Assembly (NCBI GenBank): GCA_044376115.1
Contig: JBILLK010000009.1
Coordinates: 96,001-160,000 of the forward strand
Length of the DNA stretch: 64,000 nt
Reading direction: 5' to 3'
From: Polyangiaceae bacterium
GTDB lineage: Bacteria > Myxococcota_A > Polyangia > Polyangiales > Polyangiaceae
Position 1 is the first letter of the stretch, and the number at the start of each line of letters is the position of its first letter. The position numbers and the translations under genes are program-made. The notes under the pieces are model-generated. The model had not been told where the DNA came from. It did not search any database and saw nothing but the letters and a program-made list of their open reading frames with translations. Below are positions 27,072 to 35,299 of the stretch, piece after piece.

Positions 27072-28442
27072 ATGAGCAATGAGCGTCCCAACGATCCGCT
27101 TCTCGAGCGACTCTTGAATAAGGCTGAGGCGCTCGATGTTGCTTCAGCTGCTGCAGGCGAGGCCCTGCCGATTGCCCAAGCGCTTACTGCGCGCCGTCGG
27201 ATACCACGCTTGCCCGAGCGCTATCTCGATGAAGGTCGGCTCGGGGCTGGCGGAATGGGGGAGGTTCGCCTCGTTCGGGACGTTGCGCTTCGTCGCAGCG
27301 TGGCGATGAAAATCTTGAGCCCCGCCTCCAGCGCCTCGCCTTTGAGCGTTCAAACCTTCGTCGAGGAGGCGCGTACGGTAGGGCAGCTCGAGCACCCGCA
27401 TATCCCGCCAGTCTATGAACTCGGTGCGGATCAGGCCGGCGTGGCTTACTTCTCGATGAAGGTGGTCAAGGGCGTCACGCTCTGGGAGCGTATGCGCAAG
27501 CCAGACTGGGCCCCGGGCTCAGCGGAGCGGCTCAAAGACGGTATCGAAGTGTTGCTCAAGGTCTGCGATGCGCTCGCCTTTGCGCACAGCCGCGGAGTCA
27601 TTCATCGCGACGTAAAATCGGACAATATCATGATAGGCGACTACGGCGAGGTCTTCCTAATGGATTGGGGGCTCGCTAGGGTTCAACGCGACGCTACCAA
27701 GTTGGATGTCCCGCGCCCGGCCGGAAGCCCGCTCGACCGCGTGGTGGAAGGCGTCCTTGGCACGATGGCTTACATGCCGCCCGAGCAAGCGACTCCCGGC
27801 GCAATCGTCGACCAGCGTTCGGATGTGTTCGGTGTTGGCGCGGTGCTTTACGAGCTCGTCACGGGGCAATACCTCTATCCCGGGCATGATGAGGAGGCGG
27901 TGCTAGAGCAGGTTAGAGCCTGTGCTTTCAAGCACCCGCTGGCCGCTGCTCCTGACGTCTTCATTCCGCGACAGATCGTTGGGGTCGTGCTCAAGGCCCT
28001 GGCTCGCGAGCCGGGTGAGCGCTACTCGAATGTCACCGCGCTCAAGCAAGATCTTCAGCGCTTTCTCCACGGTGGTCTCTATTTGCCGAGAGTCGTCTTC
28101 GCGGCTGGCGAAGTAATCATTCAGGAAGGCGATGAAAGTGACTCCGCCTACATTGTTATGCGCGGCGAGTGTGAAGCGTACAAGCTCGTCAACGGAGAGC
28201 GCCGCGTGCTTCGCCGGATGGGCCCGCGGTCTGTGTTTGGTGAGGCTGCAGTGGTATCGAATCTGCCGCGCACGGCCTCCGTCGTGGCGGTCACCGAGGT
28301 GACGCTATTGCGTCTATCGCAGCAGACGATCGAGGATGGACTCAGCGGAGATCGCTGGGAGAACCTGCTGGTACAGACGCTGATTCAGCGTTTTCGGGAG
28401 GTCGAGGCGCGCCTTGCGGACGTTGAAGGTTCTCGGGAATGA
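27072..28442 (+). CDS. Cytoplasmic Ser/Thr kinase with C-terminal cyclic-nucleotide-binding domain
   Basis: GAGGMGEV, VAMK, HRDVKSDN, DWG, YMPPEQ; GEVIIQEGD..AYIVMRG..FGEAAVVSNLPRTASV. Confidence 0.9.
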   Translation: MSNERPNDPLLERLLNKAEALDVASAAAGEALPIAQALTARRRIPRLPERYLDEGRLGAGGMGEVRLVRDVALRRSVAMKILSPASSASPLSVQTFVEEARTVGQLEHPHIPPVYELGADQAGVAYFSMKVVKGVTLWERMRKPDWAPGSAERLKDGIEVLLKVCDALAFAHSRGVIHRDVKSDNIMIGDYGEVFLMDWGLARVQRDATKLDVPRPAGSPLDRVVEGVLGTMAYMPPEQATPGAIVDQRSDVFGVGAVLYELVTGQYLYPGHDEEAVLEQVRACAFKHPLAAAPDVFIPRQIVGVVLKALAREPGERYSNVTALKQDLQRFLHGGLYLPRVVFAAGEVIIQEGDESDSAYIVMRGECEAYKLVNGERRVLRRMGPRSVFGEAAVVSNLPRTASVVAVTEVTLLRLSQQTIEDGLSGDRWENLLVQTLIQRFREVEARLADVEGSRE

Positions 28443-29205
28443 CCGGCTGACAACGTAGCTCCACGGTTTGCCCCGGCATGAGCTCGAGCTGCGGCAGCGC
28501 GAAGGCCAGTCGCTCTGTCTTATGCCGACAGGTCACAAGGTGGGGCCCGGGATCTGTGTGGCGGTGGGACCCCGCTGCTTCGTCGGAGAGCAGCGCTCCG
28601 TCAAGCGCCACGTCCCATTCCGCACTATCCAGTATACGAATGACGCTTACCTGGGATGACGCGGTTCCGAGCTGCTCCTTCGCTTGTTGGAGCAGCTTGG
28701 CGACCTTCTCCGGCTCACGCGAGCCTCGCAGTTGCTGCAGTTGAAGCAAGTACGTCTCAGCTCGTGCGTACTCAGCGCGCTGCATTGCACAGCGGCCAAG
28801 CTCTAGGAGCATTCTGGGCTGTCCGCTCGCCGACCAAACACGCTGGAATAGCCCGCACGCCTGCTCGAGGTCCGAGGCAGCAGCTGAGCGCGAAAGCTCC
28901 ATGGCGCTGCGGGCGATGGCCAGCTGCTCTGGGCTCGGCTGTTGCTCGGGCCAATCCCAAGGCTCGACTTGGTGGAGCTCACAACGCCCGGTGGCGCGCT
29001 CCGTTCCGTAAGGGCACGGGCTATTCGTTATCTGGGTACATTCTTGGAGGTCTGGCCGCGGTGACGGCTCGGCTGGAGCGAACCCTGGACCGCACTCTCG
29101 CTGCTGAATGAAACCACAAGAAGAGGGCGTCGGAATCGCAGGTTCAGGCTGCGAGGCGGAACATCCAACGGCAAGAACGATGAGCCCATGAGAACGCAAC
29201 CCCAC
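28342..29205 (-). CDS. Putative lipoprotein with TPR-like and PEGA-like regions
   Basis: LAVGC lipobox after GTG 29205; helical LLELGRC....EYARAE.Y segment; VALDGA..DPGPHLV PEGA-like motif. Confidence 0.5.
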   Translation of the reverse strand: MGLRSHGLIVLAVGCSASQPEPAIPTPSSCGFIQQRECGPGFAPAEPSPRPDLQECTQITNSPCPYGTERATGRCELHQVEPWDWPEQQPSPEQLAIARSAMELSRSAAASDLEQACGLFQRVWSASGQPRMLLELGRCAMQRAEYARAETYLLQLQQLRGSREPEKVAKLLQQAKEQLGTASSQVSVIRILDSAEWDVALDGALLSDEAAGSHRHTDPGPHLVTCRHKTERLAFALPQLELMPGQTVELRCQPVIPENLQRPQGAPRPPENAESASVPAGSPSDLR

Positions 29206-29291
29206 GCCGACATCATCGACGCTTGGGGGCGGCAATGACAATGGTGAGACGGCTGATTGACCGCGGATGCTGACCGGGTGATCGATAGCCA

Positions 29292-30143
29292 ATGACCAGC
29301 TTGAATCCCCAACGTGTGCTCGTCGCCGTGGACCGTACGCAGGTCTCTCTCGACGCCGTGCGTGCCGGGCTCGCTTTGGCAGCAGCCTCCCAGGCGAAGG
29401 TTGGCTTCGTTTGTGTGGTGCCAGACGAAGACACGACACCCGAAGCTGAACTCGTGCCGCAGCTACGTGCAGAGCTTTCTCCGGAAGCCGCTGCCTTCAA
29501 AGCCTCGTTCGAGTTGTTCATTCTGCGGGGCGAGGTCGTCGATTCAATCCTCGATCAGGCAAAGGAGTGGTCTGCCGAGCTTTTGATCGTAGGCAGTCGT
29601 GGGCTGCGTGGTATCGAGCGGATGCTCCTTGGTAGCGTTGCTGAGGCAGTGGTTCGGCGCGCAACCATGCCGGTGTTGGTGGTGCGGGCGCCACTAACGC
29701 CAGGGCTGGTCATGAGTGCCTGCGATCTCGGCGAGTCCACCGAATCGGTGATTCGTTGGTCGGCGCAGTTCGCCCGTTGGCTCGACGGAACAATGTTGGC
29801 CTTCCACTCGCTGCAAGGCGGTATGGGCGACGCTGCAGTGGTCGCGACGGCGATCTTCGGCGGCGCCGTACCGGCGCAACCCGATGTCGAAACCACCGAG
29901 GGCTTGCGGACGCTTGCGCGCGCTTCGATCGAGGTTGCGCTCGCGGCGGCGGGCGCAACCGCGGAGGTCGAGGTGTTCATCGGTGATGCGGCAGAGTCGG
30001 TTGCCCAGCGAGCCCAGGAGCTGGGAGCCGTGCTGCTGGTGACCGGGAGCCACGGCCGCAAAGGGCTCGCGCGGCTGGTGCTAGGCAGCGTGGCGGAAAC
30101 GCTGGTACGAACCGCGCCTTGCTCGGTGCTCGTCGCGCGCTGA
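29292..30143 (+). CDS. Tandem universal stress protein
   Basis: RVLVAVD, IVGSRG..LLGSVAEAVVRRATMPVLVVR and VTGSHG..LGSVAETLVRTAPCSVLVAR. Confidence 0.92.
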   Translation: MTSLNPQRVLVAVDRTQVSLDAVRAGLALAAASQAKVGFVCVVPDEDTTPEAELVPQLRAELSPEAAAFKASFELFILRGEVVDSILDQAKEWSAELLIVGSRGLRGIERMLLGSVAEAVVRRATMPVLVVRAPLTPGLVMSACDLGESTESVIRWSAQFARWLDGTMLAFHSLQGGMGDAAVVATAIFGGAVPAQPDVETTEGLRTLARASIEVALAAAGATAEVEVFIGDAAESVAQRAQELGAVLLVTGSHGRKGLARLVLGSVAETLVRTAPCSVLVAR

Positions 30144-30148
30144 GGCTC

Positions 30149-31642
30149 TCACTTCGCGGGGCTGCCGTGCCACACCCAGATGGTATTGCCGTCCGTCGTT
30201 GAGAGCTGCACGTACAACGTGTCACCACTCTTGATGAAGGATGGCAGGCTCGCCCCCTTCGGGAGCGCTACGGTCTGTGCGCGCGTTGCGCCGGGCGCCA
30301 GCATCCAAAGCCGCGGGTAGCCGAACATGAAGAGGGTGCCATCGGAAGCCTCAACCACGTTGGAGACCACGTCATCGGTGCAATCGAGGTCCTGCTCGTC
30401 GTCCGAGGCCAGCGCACAGTCCATCTCGAGCCGCTCCCACGCTTGGCCGCGGCGCCGGAAGCTAACACCTCCATTGAGGGCGTAGAGCGTCTGGTCGCGG
30501 GTCAAAAAGCTGGTCAGCGCCTTTGGGGGATCGGGCGGTGTCACGTCGGACCACTTTGGCTCCCGGCTATCTGTCCCAGGGGAGATCGAAAAAAGCGCCA
30601 TATAAGCGCGCTCCCGCGTCGTCGGCGTTGATACCTGGGTGGAGACGAACGTGCCTTCCTGGCTCTCGGTCACCTGGACGAAGGTGAACTCCGCAAGGGG
30701 GGCTGCGTTCGGCAGGGTCACCACGTGGCTACCTCCGCCCTTCCAATGCTCGACCGCCAGCGTCCCAACGTTGAAGCGTGGGCTCACGCTTTGGAAGGGT
30801 GGGGCGACTCCCATCAGCTTACCGATGTCGAGCGGGTCCGAACCTTGATTGCATACTAAGCCGAAGCCGAGCAAGCTCCCGTCGGGCAGATAGTGCAATA
30901 GCGGGTGGCCCAGCAGTTGGTATTTACAACCATTACGACCAGCCGTGGGGCGCGGTAACTGCTCACCCTTCTGCAACTTACCCAGGGCTCGAAAGCGAAA
31001 TCCAGCTTCTGCTGTAGTGTCGTCAGGGTCATTGGCCTCCTCAAGAAACAGATTGCCTTTGGGTGAGCGTATCGGCGGGGAGATCACTCCGGTAGTGACC
31101 CAGTCCTCCTGTTGCGCCTCATTGCCGACCAGCTTCTTGTTCTCGGGCCGAAACTTGCCAGGCTTGCCCTTCACTCGAGCCGCATAGATTGTGCTCGGCG
31201 TGTACACCTCGAAGGAGAGCGACTGCAGTGTCCCCGAGATGGAGGAGACCCAGAATGGGAGGGGATAGTCCGGGTCAGGTGATCGCAGCCCTTCGAAGAA
31301 TCCAGGCAGTGGGACCACCTCGCGACCCTTGAGCAGGAAGGCGTCTTGCGCCGGTGAGGTGAGCACGAGCAGTCCCTCGGCCACGGGGTGAGTCACAAGG
31401 TCAATCGGCTCGCTTCCTTGATCGTGCCGCTTCGGCGGTACGAGTTCCTCGAAGGGAAAGGGGACCGCGCTCGGCTTGGCTGCGCCTAACGTCGTGCTCG
31501 GTAGCGCGGAAGCTTGGGGGACGCTCGAACTCGGCTGCGGCAAGGGCAGTCGCCTTGGTTCGTGTGCTTCTCGACTGCAGGCTTGCTGGCATAACCCGCC
31601 AATGAGCCAAATCAGAAAGGCGCAATGTCGGCGCGGTCTCAT
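30149..31642 (-). CDS. Hypothetical exported, beta-rich (propeller-like) protein
   Basis: Long ORF with signal-like N-terminus ending in QACS, Pro/Ser linker and beta-strand repeats; start uncertain. Confidence 0.55.
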   Translation of the reverse strand: MRPRRHCAFLIWLIGGLCQQACSREAHEPRRLPLPQPSSSVPQASALPSTTLGAAKPSAVPFPFEELVPPKRHDQGSEPIDLVTHPVAEGLLVLTSPAQDAFLLKGREVVPLPGFFEGLRSPDPDYPLPFWVSSISGTLQSLSFEVYTPSTIYAARVKGKPGKFRPENKKLVGNEAQQEDWVTTGVISPPIRSPKGNLFLEEANDPDDTTAEAGFRFRALGKLQKGEQLPRPTAGRNGCKYQLLGHPLLHYLPDGSLLGFGLVCNQGSDPLDIGKLMGVAPPFQSVSPRFNVGTLAVEHWKGGGSHVVTLPNAAPLAEFTFVQVTESQEGTFVSTQVSTPTTRERAYMALFSISPGTDSREPKWSDVTPPDPPKALTSFLTRDQTLYALNGGVSFRRRGQAWERLEMDCALASDDEQDLDCTDDVVSNVVEASDGTLFMFGYPRLWMLAPGATRAQTVALPKGASLPSFIKSGDTLYVQLSTTDGNTIWVWHGSPAK

Positions 31643-31811
31643 ATTGTGCGGCAAACCCCTCGCTCGCATATCAGACAGCGAGCGATTCGCGAAGGGTGAA
31701 CGTCGCACGCATAAAAGCGAGCCAGTTGCCATCCTGGCTCCCAGCTTTAGCGTAGCCGAATCCAAGTTCTTTCATTGACCGCAGCCGAAGTTTTCGCGAC
31801 AACTTCGCGCT

Positions 31812-33914
31812 ATGACGACTGCCGTAGCAGGGAACTCAGAGCAAGGCCGAGTCTTCGGCCATCCCGCAGGGCTATTCACGCTTTTCTTCGCCGAGATGTG
31901 GGAGCGCTTTTCCTACTATGGCATGCGGGCGCTGCTCATTTTTTACATGACAAAGGGGTTCCTCCGTTACACCGACGGAGAGGCCTATGCGGTCTACGGC
32001 GCCTACACCTCGCTAGTGTATATGACGCCCTACTTCGGCGGCATCATCGCAGACAGGCTGCTCGGTCGCCGGGTTGCCGTGATCCTCGGCGGCGTGCTCA
32101 TGGGCATGGGCCACCTGTTGATGGGTCGAGAGACCAAATGGTCCTTCTTTATCGCTCTGGCGCTGCTGATCTGCGGTAACGGCTTCTTCAAGCCAAACAT
32201 CTCCACCATCGTCGGCGGGCTGTATGGGCCTGAGGAGGGCGCCAAGAAAGATGGCGGCTTCACCATTTTTTACATGGGAATCAACCTTGGCGCTGCCATG
32301 TCGCCCATCCTTTGTGGCTACGTCGGTGAGACCTATGGTTGGCACTACGGCTTCGGTATTGCCACGATTGGTATGTTGATTGGCCTGGCCGTGTTTGCCG
32401 CGCCCACCAAGCTCGCACAAGCCTTGGTCCTGCTCGGAGCTGTCGCCGCAACCGGCGCCATGATGATGTTTCAAGACACGCTGATTCAGCTGCTTGTCCG
32501 CATCTTCGTAAGTATCTGTTTGCTGGTCGCTGCAGGCGTCGGCGCGGTCGCGCTGCAGCGTGGCGGCGTCCCTGCTAGTGCCGGAGGTCGGCCCGAGTCA
32601 GTGAAGACGTCTCCGCTCATGGGGCTGCTTTATTGCATTATCGGAACGGCCGCTGCCGTCGCACTATTCAGCTTTGCCGTTCAGCACAAGAACGAGACCT
32701 CCTACGGCCTCATCGCCGTAGGCTTGGTCGCGCTTGGCTACATCATCTTCGAGGCGGTGCGCAGCACGAAGGTCGAGGCCCAGCGGCTGGTCGTCGTGCT
32801 CGTGCTGATGTTCTTCAGCCTGCTGTTTTGGGCGTTCTTCGAGCAGGCCGGAAGCAGCATCTCAAACTTCACAGACCGTAACGTGGACCGCGTCAGCGCT
32901 GAGACCCGAGTGACCGCGGCGGAGGTCGGCAAGACCATCAAGTTCCGCGTCCCCGCGAGCCTGCCTGAGAAGTTCAAGGCGGAAGCCGAGATTGCTAAAC
33001 TGCCAATGTTGGGCCAGGGCCAGCTTGGTTATGCGAATAGCAACGAGGAAGCCAACGCGCTGATTGAGACGACGGTGGTGCAAGACCTCCGTGCAGCCGG
33101 CGAAAAGAAGATGGCGGAAGCCTCCGAGGCCGAGAAGGCCGAGATGGCCACCAAGCTTGAAAAGTCGATCGAAGAGACCAAAGAGCAACTCGCCAAACAG
33201 CCGCTCTTCACCATGACCGAGCTTTCGGCGTTGCGCGCGGTCGCGGCAGACGGGGACAAGGCGACGTTGGCCAACATGACCGTGGCTTGGACTGTGACCG
33301 AGGCCAACGTAGGTATGCCGCTCTCCGATAGTGAACTACCGGCGTCGGAGTTCCAGTCGGCCAATGCGGTGTTTATCGTCATCTTCGGTCTGGTGTTCAC
33401 TGCGATGTGGACCTGGCTTGCCTCGCGAAAGTTGGAGCCTTCGACCACTGTGAAGTTTGCGTTGGGTTTGCTTCAGCTCGGGCTAGGGTTCGTCGCGTTG
33501 TGGTGGGCGGCAGGGCACGCGGATGCACGCGGGATGACGAGCGTTACATGGCTGTTGCTGGCCTATCTGCTGCACACCACGGGCGAACTCTGTATTTCCC
33601 CGGTGGGCCTCTCCATGGTGACGAAGCTGTCGCCGGCCCGGATCGTTTCGACCGTGATGGGCGCCTGGTTCCTCGCTACCGCCTTCTCCAACGACCTTGC
33701 TGGTCGCATCGCCGCACTTACCGGCGTGTCGGGCGAGGAGGGGGAGCAGGCGATCATTCCTCCGCCTGGTGAGACCGTCGGGCTGTACGGCTCGGTGTTT
33801 GGGCAGATCGCCGTGATCGCGTGTATCTCGGCGGCTGTGTGCTTGGTGCTCTCCCCGCTCTTGACCAAGTGGATGCATCAAGACGAAAACGCGCCGAAGG
33901 ACCGCGGGCACTGA
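31812..33914 (+). CDS. POT/PTR proton-dependent oligopeptide transporter with a large loop insertion
   Basis: FGHPAGL, EMWERFSYYGMR, GNGFFKPNIST, FYMGINLG, FEQAGSS, GELCISPVGLS. Confidence 0.92.
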   Translation: MTTAVAGNSEQGRVFGHPAGLFTLFFAEMWERFSYYGMRALLIFYMTKGFLRYTDGEAYAVYGAYTSLVYMTPYFGGIIADRLLGRRVAVILGGVLMGMGHLLMGRETKWSFFIALALLICGNGFFKPNISTIVGGLYGPEEGAKKDGGFTIFYMGINLGAAMSPILCGYVGETYGWHYGFGIATIGMLIGLAVFAAPTKLAQALVLLGAVAATGAMMMFQDTLIQLLVRIFVSICLLVAAGVGAVALQRGGVPASAGGRPESVKTSPLMGLLYCIIGTAAAVALFSFAVQHKNETSYGLIAVGLVALGYIIFEAVRSTKVEAQRLVVVLVLMFFSLLFWAFFEQAGSSISNFTDRNVDRVSAETRVTAAEVGKTIKFRVPASLPEKFKAEAEIAKLPMLGQGQLGYANSNEEANALIETTVVQDLRAAGEKKMAEASEAEKAEMATKLEKSIEETKEQLAKQPLFTMTELSALRAVAADGDKATLANMTVAWTVTEANVGMPLSDSELPASEFQSANAVFIVIFGLVFTAMWTWLASRKLEPSTTVKFALGLLQLGLGFVALWWAAGHADARGMTSVTWLLLAYLLHTTGELCISPVGLSMVTKLSPARIVSTVMGAWFLATAFSNDLAGRIAALTGVSGEEGEQAIIPPPGETVGLYGSVFGQIAVIACISAAVCLVLSPLLTKWMHQDENAPKDRGH

Positions 33915-33966
33915 GTTCTGCTCGCGACGAGTGCGTGAGAGAGCGCATGCAGGCTAAGCTGCCTGT

Positions 33967-35184
33967 ATGCGCTCGTTCACTTTGTCGGCTTTGGCGTTGG
34001 CAGTCGGTGGACTTCTCAGTGGCTGTGATGGTTGCACGGAGCAGGCGGTTGGTCCGTGTGCCGCGTACGGTGAGGCGTGCGGCCAGGAATGCAGCGCCGA
34101 TTCAGAATGCCCCTCGGGGCTTTACTGCGGTGACAGCGGCTGCAACGCCGATTGCCTGCCGAACGGCAACGATTGCCCCGGCGGCGGCGTGTGTGACTCC
34201 AAGGGGCGCTGTGGCGACGCCGAAAGTGGGGGCGGTGGTGCGGGCGCTAGCTCCGGCCAGTTCATGCCGACGGGCGGCGGAGGCAGCGGCGGCGACGGTG
34301 CCGGCGGCGGTTGTGCTGATATCACCCTGACCCTCGCACCAACCATTCCGACGGTGTTTCTGTTGATCGACCAATCGGGCAGCATGACCGAGAACTTCGG
34401 CGGCGGAACGCGTTGGGACGTTCTCTACTCCACGCTGATGGACCCTGCGACCGGCATCGTCCCAGCGCTCGAGGGCCAAGTGCGCTTCGGTCTCGCGCTC
34501 TACACCGGTCAAGGTGACGCCACCTGTCCGAATACCACGCAAGTTGGGATCGCCCTCAATAACTACGCAGCCATCGATGCCGTTTACAGTGCTGCAGGCC
34601 CCGTTGGAGACACGCCTACTGGGGACTCGATTGACGCGATTGTGCCGGTGCTGACGGCGGTCATGGAGGAAGGCCCCAAGGTGATCGTCTTGGCGACGGA
34701 TGGTGAGCCCGATACCTGCGAGCAACCCAACCCGCAGAACGGCCAGGCGGAAGCCATTGCTGCAGCTCAGGCGGCCTTTGGTCAGGCCATCACGACGTAC
34801 ATTATTGCTGTTGGTGGCGACGTCAGCACTCAACACCAACAGGACATGGCCAACGCAGGCACCGGAAAGCCGCTCGACGGTAGCCAGGGCAACTCTCCGT
34901 ACTATCCCGCCGGCAACCAACAAGCCTTGGTGGATGCTTTCAACGAGATCATCAACGGGGTTCGATCCTGTGTGTTGACGCTCAACGGCGCGGTGGACCC
35001 GGCTAAGGCAGGAGAGGGAAAGGTCTTCGTCGACGGGATGCTCGTCGGCTTCAACGACCCCAACGGTTGGAAGCTCAATTCCTCGACGGAGATTGAATTG
35101 GTGGGAATCGCTTGCGAGACGATTCAGACTGGTGAGCACACCGTCACCGCGACGTTCCCTTGTGGAGCCGTCATTCCCGAATAG
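33967..35184 (+). CDS. Cys-rich VWA lipoprotein (CglB-like)
   Basis: Lipobox LSGC; Cys-rich N-terminus; LLIDQSGSM, DTPTG, VLATDGEP MIDAS motifs; C-terminal NGW....IELVG.AC..FPC. Confidence 0.75.
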   Translation: MRSFTLSALALAVGGLLSGCDGCTEQAVGPCAAYGEACGQECSADSECPSGLYCGDSGCNADCLPNGNDCPGGGVCDSKGRCGDAESGGGGAGASSGQFMPTGGGGSGGDGAGGGCADITLTLAPTIPTVFLLIDQSGSMTENFGGGTRWDVLYSTLMDPATGIVPALEGQVRFGLALYTGQGDATCPNTTQVGIALNNYAAIDAVYSAAGPVGDTPTGDSIDAIVPVLTAVMEEGPKVIVLATDGEPDTCEQPNPQNGQAEAIAAAQAAFGQAITTYIIAVGGDVSTQHQQDMANAGTGKPLDGSQGNSPYYPAGNQQALVDAFNEIINGVRSCVLTLNGAVDPAKAGEGKVFVDGMLVGFNDPNGWKLNSSTEIELVGIACETIQTGEHTVTATFPCGAVIPE

Positions 35185-35299
35185 AAAGCGCGCCTTACAC
35201 GTCGCGCTGCGAAAGAGAAAGGACTCGCACCAGCGAATGGTGCGAGTCCTCGGTCGTAACGAACAGCCGAACAGCATCCGCCTTGGCGGAAGCCAACCC

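Noticed and set aside
34102..35277. 391-aa minus-strand ORF
   Set aside because: Antisense to the VWA lipoprotein.
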